Part shown: piece by piece, positions 56,830-64,000 of the stretch | Layout of the letters: each line of letters opens with the position of its first letter | Numbering within the stretch: the first letter of the stretch is position 1 | From: Eledone cirrhosa | Lineage: Eukaryota | Direction: 5' to 3' | DNA: 64,000 nt | NCBI GenBank assembly: GCA_964016885.1 | Contig: OZ024740.1 | Span: 131,378,001-131,442,000, forward strand | Position numbers and translations under genes: made by a program | Notes under the pieces: generated by a model | What the model was told of the DNA's origin: nothing | What the model saw: only the letters and a program-made list of their open reading frames with translations | Database searches by the model: none

Positions 56830-57081
56830 TATGGCGTAATTCGGGCTGTTTGTGAATAGTGCAGATTTAAATCAATATATGTTGATTTAAAACTGCACTA
56901 TTTACAAGTGTGTTTTAACCTTCATATCATGTCTCCCTATTTTAACTGACGAAAACGCAATTGTTATTGCATTTTGATATTTGTTTTTGAAATTCGCATA
57001 ATAAAATACATGGAACTCTTTTAACCTTCTTTTGATCTTGTATATTATATATATATTATATATATATATATTATATATATA

Positions 57082-57145
<64 letters not shown>

Positions 57146-57157
57146 TATATATTATAA

Positions 57158-57192
<35 letters not shown>

Positions 57193-57222
57193 TATATATA
57201 TATATATTAATATATATTATAA

Positions 57223-57304
<82 letters not shown>

Positions 57305-57807
57305 AATGAAGGAATGGAGTAAAGGACCCGCGTTGTTCCCTGTGATGTATTGAGCTCAAGGATATGTTTTTCCGGGCTCTTCAATCAATATAGGAGACAA
57401 TACATGAAAGGAACATGTTTTTTCATTACAGGGTGTACATTACCACCAGATTGAAGGAGAAAGAAACTGCGAAACGTAAAGGAAAAACATTATAATCAAA
57501 CAGATCAATAAATTGCAAAACCAACCGTCATAACTATGACACATGTACAGTCCCATTGTGGCATTGTTTCACTATGTCACAAGGCTCACATTATCCATAG
57601 ATTATCAGCAGGTGTTTCGGAATATATGTCTTGTGGGTCTAATAATCAGTTAGAACTAGTCTTTCGCAAGTCCTGGTCACTTGTCACAGCCTCCTTGATC
57701 ACCTACACATCTTCAAAGCGGATACTCTAGCACTTCTCATTCAATTCGGGTACATCCAATATCAACCAGGTAGATGGTTACCATATATATATATATTTAT
57801 ATATATA

Positions 57808-58385
57808 TGTATATATATAAAGACGAAGTTTTCTGTCTGTGTGCGTGTGGACAATTTTTAAAGAGGGCTCATATATTCTAAACCATTTATGCGATTTCTT
57901 TGACATTTTTTACAGAGCTTCTCCTTGAACAAAACCTGTACATAATCTACAAAGACTTTCAAAAATCGATATTGGGGCCTTTGGAGACATTAAAAAATGT
58001 TCGGTTATTTGTGAGAATTTTCGTGATTAAGTAAGACAAGAGTTATATTTCGTAATTAGGCTCATTAGGATTTCAATTTACTCTTTGTACTTGAAACAAA
58101 GGGTACGCTTCCTTGAGACTAACAATATCATTTTGTATATTTCATAACCAGCAATTTCTAACAGATTACTAAGTTAAGTTATAGATTTGACATTGTATTA
58201 TTTATCGTTCCAAGCTTGATATTCATACATTAAGTGATGTCATAACTTTTACAATATTATGCTTTGTATATAATAGAGTCTATTATTCACTTCAATTCTC
58301 TATTCCATAATGCCTCTTTACTGTTGTCAAATAAATGTATATCTAGACTAACTTGAACCGTCCAAAGGACGTGTAGTTTAGCTAG
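57808..58385 (+). mobile_element. Non-autonomous Helitron-like element
   Basis: 5' TGTATATATATAAAG (TC-like start) followed by TGTCTGTGTGCGTG; 3' hairpin CGTCC-AAA-GGACG, then CTAG|T. Confidence 0.6.
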
Positions 58386-58401
58386 TATATATTTATATAT
58401 T

Positions 58402-58501
<100 letters not shown>

Positions 58502-59915
58502 CTGTTTATCGCAATTCCAGTTCCACGTGACACCTTTTGACATATTTAAATAATAATATACGGAAAATTAAACAAAACACCAAACCTCAGGGCCAACATA
58601 TTACCGGATAATATCGTAGTCAAACTAAAATAGATTTGTACGTTAATTTTTCACACCAAGATCCGTTCAAACCCTCATATACACCTGCACCCACATGCAA
58701 TAACTGACTCACACACACATGCCTTCGATATTATTATTCTTTGGCAGTGATGATATCGAAATTGTATGTGGATGCAATAAGAGTCAGGTTTGTTGACGGT
58801 TGTACACATATATAGATATGATGTTCTAAGACAGTCGATAGATAAAGGTACAAATAGATATATGTGTGAATGAGAGGGCGATGAGATAACAGTGATTGTG
58901 GTCAGTACTGTAGAATGTATTAGTGGTGATAGAAATATTCCTGTGTGCCAAGATGCTAGGGCGACATCTATCTCTTGTGTAGGTGCCGCGGTATGGATAT
59001 GTGAGGCAGTGATAATTTATTTTACCTAATTGTAACCTATATGAATAGGGAATTGGCGAACGAGAATGAGATGATGAATAAAATGATTAATGTTGCGCCG
59101 AAGCAGTTGATGGTAACGCTAATGTCAGTGCTCGTTTACGTCAGTCAATACAGTAGCTGATGTAGGGAAGTTGAGTAAATGATAATGGAATGGAGAATGC
59201 AGGTTCTGAGGGAAGTGGAATGAAGAATATCTTGATGCAGTTGACGTGGATATAACATCAATGATGTTGATCACATTGGCGATATACACACACACACAAA
59301 CATATCCAGGCACACACACATGCACCCCCCCCCCCCCCACACACACACATGCTTACGCACGTGCACAAGTATAGCTCTTTTTACAAAATGTTTTTTTTTC
59401 TATTTCAGGTAGACGCGCACCATCTTTTCTAAAAAAATAAATTATACACGAAACCCCAGCATCAACAGATTTGCAAGAGATGTCAACATGAATGGACCTG
59501 TTATTTTTATATGAAGACATTTCTTTCCAATTACAACACACCCGTCCCCTCAATCTATCTTATTTCTCATTCCTTCTTCTGATGAAGGACTAGCCTTAAC
59601 ACACACGTCCTGCTATATCAAGCGTTAACCTAATATATCCTTTCCATAAACTGTACCAATTGTGTTATTATTCATGTTTACCTTTTACATACATACATAC
59701 ACACATACATAATGCATACATACATATATATATATGTATGTGCATATGAGTTGTAACGACACTGGTGTCGATCTCTATCAGCCTCTGCCTTTCCCGGGGA
59801 CAACGACGATGGCTACAGAGGGAAGGATGCTTTGCATAAGCATCAGCATCTCTTGGTTAAATATGAAATCATTTCAAATAGTATATGTATACACACACGC
59901 ACTCACGCACACACT

Positions 59916-59988
<73 letters not shown>

Positions 59989-60462
59989 ATATACATATAA
60001 ACATATATAGTAATAATAATAAATTTGAAGAGGGCTCTATAAGGATAAATATATATCAAATGTATAAGAACCGTAGAGCAAATATTTATTAAAATAACAG
60101 ATTAAATTGTAATCAAATAATGGCTGCTGTCACATTTAACTGGGTCTTCTGAGACTGAAAAAATCAATCTGTGAAAGCAGAAGTAAATATTTCGAAAAAC
60201 GTTGCAACCGTACGAATACAGGAAGAAAAGCGAACATAATACGTCATTATTTGGAGTGATGAGAACAATTACACGCAAATACAAAACCACGTTTATGGAA
60301 TAAAAGAAGTCGTAGACTAATATACTATTTAAATGGTTCGTGGAGACGTACCCTGGCAATGAACGTTCATTGCCAGGGTACGTCTCCGCGAACTATCCAA
60401 GGAATACGTCAATTGATAAGGTATCTTCCTTGGCTATGTCAACATTGATAAAACACACTTTA

Positions 60463-60570
60463 TATTTTATCTGATGAAAGCTTACCAAAGTTGTTGGTGC
60501 CCTTGAAATATATATAATATAATAAATATGGTTTTATAAAGATAGTTTCCATTTATCTAATATCATTGTA
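60463..60570 (+). ncRNA. Minimal hammerhead in a pLTR fragment (family of 28514 and 38086)
   Basis: TTTTAT-CTGATGA-AAG..ACCAA/TTGGT..CTT-GAAA-TATATATA-ATAT; shared downstream ATATGGTTTTATAAA..AGTTTCCATTTAT. Confidence 0.75.
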
Positions 60571-60588
60571 TATATATACATATCTATA

Positions 60589-60667
<79 letters not shown>

Positions 60668-60951
60668 GAAATGGGTGGTGGTTGAAATTCAGATGTGCAC
60701 GGTCAATTGGTAGTAGACGTGGTCGGACGGACATGAATATTTACACACCTATGTAAAAAGTGCCAAGAAAGCGAATAGACGGCGTGTCAAATCTGTAACT
60801 TGAAAAAGGTGGTCCATAGACCCCCCCCCCCGAAAAAAACGGTCTATTTATTATCGCGTTCGGTGAGTTATATTTCCCCCTGTTCTAATACTTGGATGAG
60901 TTAAAGCAGTAAATAAAGGATTATGAGTTCATGCAATTGACTTATGTTTCC

Positions 60952-61011
<60 letters not shown>

Positions 61012-61016
<5 letters not shown>

Positions 61017-62010
61017 ATACTTTGGGAGGGTCATGTTGCTAATAAGAAACACACGCACCAGATGCTTCACTTCAATTTATTATAATAAATTTATAAATTT
61101 AGGAATTTATAAATTTCTGGTTGGTTGGTCCCACGACCAGATATTTGTTTATATATTGTCAAAGTTCTTTCGTCACACATTCTGTGACCTCTTCAGTGAC
61201 CGGGGTTTTTTTTCTTTGTTTGTGTGCCTCACCTTTGTTCTGTCCTACGCCATTTTGTTTCTATGTGTGTGCTGTGTGCTCAGTCTGCGCATGCGCCACA
61301 TCCGGGTGTCTGTGTGTGTTTATATTCGTTTATTTATTTGTTTATTTACATGTTACCGGTTAGTTGTTTGTTCTATGTCCGTGTGTGTTTTCATTTCGTC
61401 CTTAATTGTAAGTTGTGATGTTGCTGTTTCACTCATATTTTCTATTTAATTTTGGTTGTAATACTTTTATGTTTATTGCCTCTGTGATTTGTCTAAACAT
61501 TGCGTCTTTTCTGTGTGTAGATTCTATTTTTATTTCTATCTTCTCTAATTTACCCTTAAGTTCTATTTTAGAATGTTGGTAGAGTACATATGATTCTTTA
61601 CTATCTTGAAGGTCTCGCCAGTGTTCATTTATCCGTTCCCCTACACTACGAGCTGTCTCACCTATGTACACTATATTTTTGTCTCTACATTGTCCTTCAG
61701 TACAGCTTATGCTATATACTACATTTCTCGTTTCACAGTTAATATGGGGGCTTATTTTACAGGTTATACATTTCTTATCTATACAGGGGGTTTTGAAATG
61801 GGTATGTCTTGCTAATAAGTGTTTTTGCGGAGGTACCTGGTCTTTCTACTATCTTAATATTGAGTTTATGTTTATCTAGGGCCCGTCTAAATGTGTAAGC
61901 TAATTCACCTCTAGGGGTTGTATCGATGAACATTACACTCTGGTATTTATTGCTATCATACCATGAGTTTATTCTATTAGCCTTATTCCTAGTTCTTTCT
62001 ATTCTATTCT
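61012..62010 (-). mobile_element. 5'-truncated PLE (linker, GIY-YIG, pLTR)
   Basis: WY..YQSVMFIDTTP..IKIVERPG; MYIGETARSVGERINEH..RQITEA..LNRK. Confidence 0.85.
61158..61200 (-). ncRNA. Minimal type I hammerhead ribozyme, intact
   Basis: Reverse: GTCA-CTGAAGA-G-GTCACA GAATG TGTGAC-GAAA-GAAC-TT-TGAC. Confidence 0.8.
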
Positions 62011-62083
62011 ATTCTATTATATTCCAAATCGGTTTCAACACACGTTTTGAGATAAAGAATCTTGCTAAATAAATTCAGAAACG

Positions 62084-62158
<75 letters not shown>

Positions 62159-63499
62159 GAAAACGCTTTAATAAAAAAAAAATCAACTGTAATGTATGTA
62201 TGCATGTATTTATGTGTTTGTATGAGCGGGGAAATGCAAGTAAATATTACTTTGTGGACAGGTTCCCCTTAGCATAATATTCATGCTAGAACAGCATATA
62301 TTTGAAAGTTTTCATGGAGTTGAATTACTGATTTTGGATCGGCAGCTTTAGCTTTGAAAAAATTAAATGTGCAGTGTAAACATTTTTTATTATTCCTCCG
62401 GGGATGAATCTTCTCTGACTTTTTCGATCTCTTTCATTCTGTCTGGAAGAAATAAGCCGTAGTAGGACCTAAATAAATGTTTAGATACACCATGACCCAC
62501 CGTGCATCACGCTGGAGTTGAAAAGCAGACTTAGAACATGGCGTTGTGTGGGGGTGGCTCGCATCCCAATGTTTTAGGGGGAGCAAACGAACAAGAAGAA
62601 AAAGAAGAAGGTGTGAGCTGGAATCCTATCAAATATGTAGGTTGTGTCTTAAATTGAAGGTTTAGTAGAAACAATTCGTGTATAGTTTTGTACTTTTCTT
62701 TTTGTCATTCATATATAAACAAATCTAATATATAAATTGGAAGTGGCCGGACGTTTGTATATGTAGGTGTAGTCGAATAAACGTCGGAACCGCTTGGTGG
62801 AATGCAGCGAAAATTTACACAGTTATGCAGAATGACACGAAGAGGCGTTGGGTCGTCGTTCAAGCTACAAGCTTCCATGGTTACGGAGAAAATCCATGAA
62901 ACAGGAATTTCCCATTCAAATTGAACTGAGAGTAATCTGTAGAACGCAAAAGTAAATATTTCGTGGAACGTTGCAACCGAACGAAAACAGGAAGACGATA
63001 TTTTGGTTCGTGAAAATGTTCCCTGGCAATAAATGGGAAAAAAGCGAGGATAATACGTCCTTATGTGGAGCGTGAAGAACAATATCATGCAAAGACAAGA
63101 CCAAGTTTATGGTATAAATGGAGACGTTAGACTAATATTCTATTTAAAATAACAGAATGATTTCCAGCCACGGAGTTTAAGAACCATGTAAATAAAATTT
63201 AAAGCGTAAATGACGGAGGTTATTAAAACAGTAAAAGTAAATAGTGAAGATTTAGACCAGTACATACGTATGCCCCGACGGTTATACACATACAGACGCA
63301 CACACAAATACATACCCTTCCCCCCCTCACACACACACGAACGCACGCGCGTATGTATAAAGCTTATGCATTTCTACAGTATTTATACCAAATTTAACAC
63401 ATAGGTTACTTATGTACTCCGGACGCTCATGGGCCCTGTCATTTTTCCAGATATTGATTGTAGTGTCCCCAGGCAGATAACCCCTTTAACCACTTTCTT

Positions 63500-63760
63500 G
63501 GAGTCGACTGAAGCACTGCAGTGCAATGCAAAAAAAATGTCATAACTTCTACAGTTCGCAACTGATTTTCAAAAAACTTGACACATGGGCTACCTTTGTC
63601 CTACAGATGAATGTGAACTCTCAGATTTGACACATATTGGGTAGGAGACCCCTGGGGACAGGTACCACCTTTAGGAAAAATACGATAATTTTGTAAAAGA
63701 CATATATGGTATACACAACTGCTATTTAATATCCGAGCACACGCCGGGTACCTCTGCAAG
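63500..63760 (+). mobile_element. Possible non-autonomous Helitron 3' part
   Basis: ATCCGAGCACACGCCGGGT subterminal hairpin-like motif, then CAAG|T (CTAG-like); 5' end undefined. Confidence 0.45.
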
Positions 63761-63789
63761 TATATATATATATTGGGAAACAAGATTAA

Positions 63790-63901
63790 ATCTATATTTT
63801 AAAAAAAGACCCCTGTTGCATTTTCGATTTCATCATTTTCCTTATACTTTCAGTCGTGTAGCACACCGCGTTTTTTTCATTTCGTAAAGAAACCCTCACT
63901 G

Positions 63902-63906
<5 letters not shown>
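63790..63906 (+). mobile_element. Short 3'-terminal fragment of the Neptune-family pLTR
   Basis: GTTGCATTTTCGATTTCATC..TTATACTTTCA.TCGTGTAG.ACACC matches 21190-21290 and 26380-26480; ends in (TA)n. Confidence 0.75.
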
Positions 63907-63944
<38 letters not shown>

Positions 63945-64000
63945 ATATATTATATATATATATATATATATTATATTTATATATATATTATATATATATA

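Noticed and set aside
59575-59615. Further HHR-like words (CTGATGAAGGACTAGCC here; also 36425-36460 minus, 14600-14640 minus, 15490-15580, 57450-57485)
   Set aside because: GAAA, stem I or the core is too degenerate to support a call.

Overview
AT-rich animal genomic DNA, not prokaryotic. The tRNA-derived SINE with a Nin/Deu-type core suggests a cephalopod mollusc (inference). I recognise no host protein-coding exon. The window is a nest of decayed retroelements within (TA)n and other microsatellites. Non-LTR elements: an L1/Tx1 LINE split by a full-length RTE with a 10-bp TSD, two R4/Dong-type REL LINEs, a CRE-type LINE with an N-terminal PHD finger, further RTE fragments and about ten SINE copies. 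Penelope-like elements (PLEs): a near-complete Neptune-type copy, a near-complete Naiad-type copy and several 3' fragments. There are also two likely non-autonomous Helitrons and two MITE/foldback elements. The strongest unexplained signal is about 19 minimal type I hammerhead ribozyme (HHR) motifs from several PLE families, read by eye. One family has a compensatory U3-A8 core. A recurrent asymmetric fold-back insertion sits in (TA)n: one long arm and one short inverted arm that stops at an internal TA run, sometimes folded back at hammerhead stem II. The Neptune element may also use a -1 ribosomal frameshift. Coordinates were counted by hand and may be off by a few bases; clade names come from motif recognition, not database searches.
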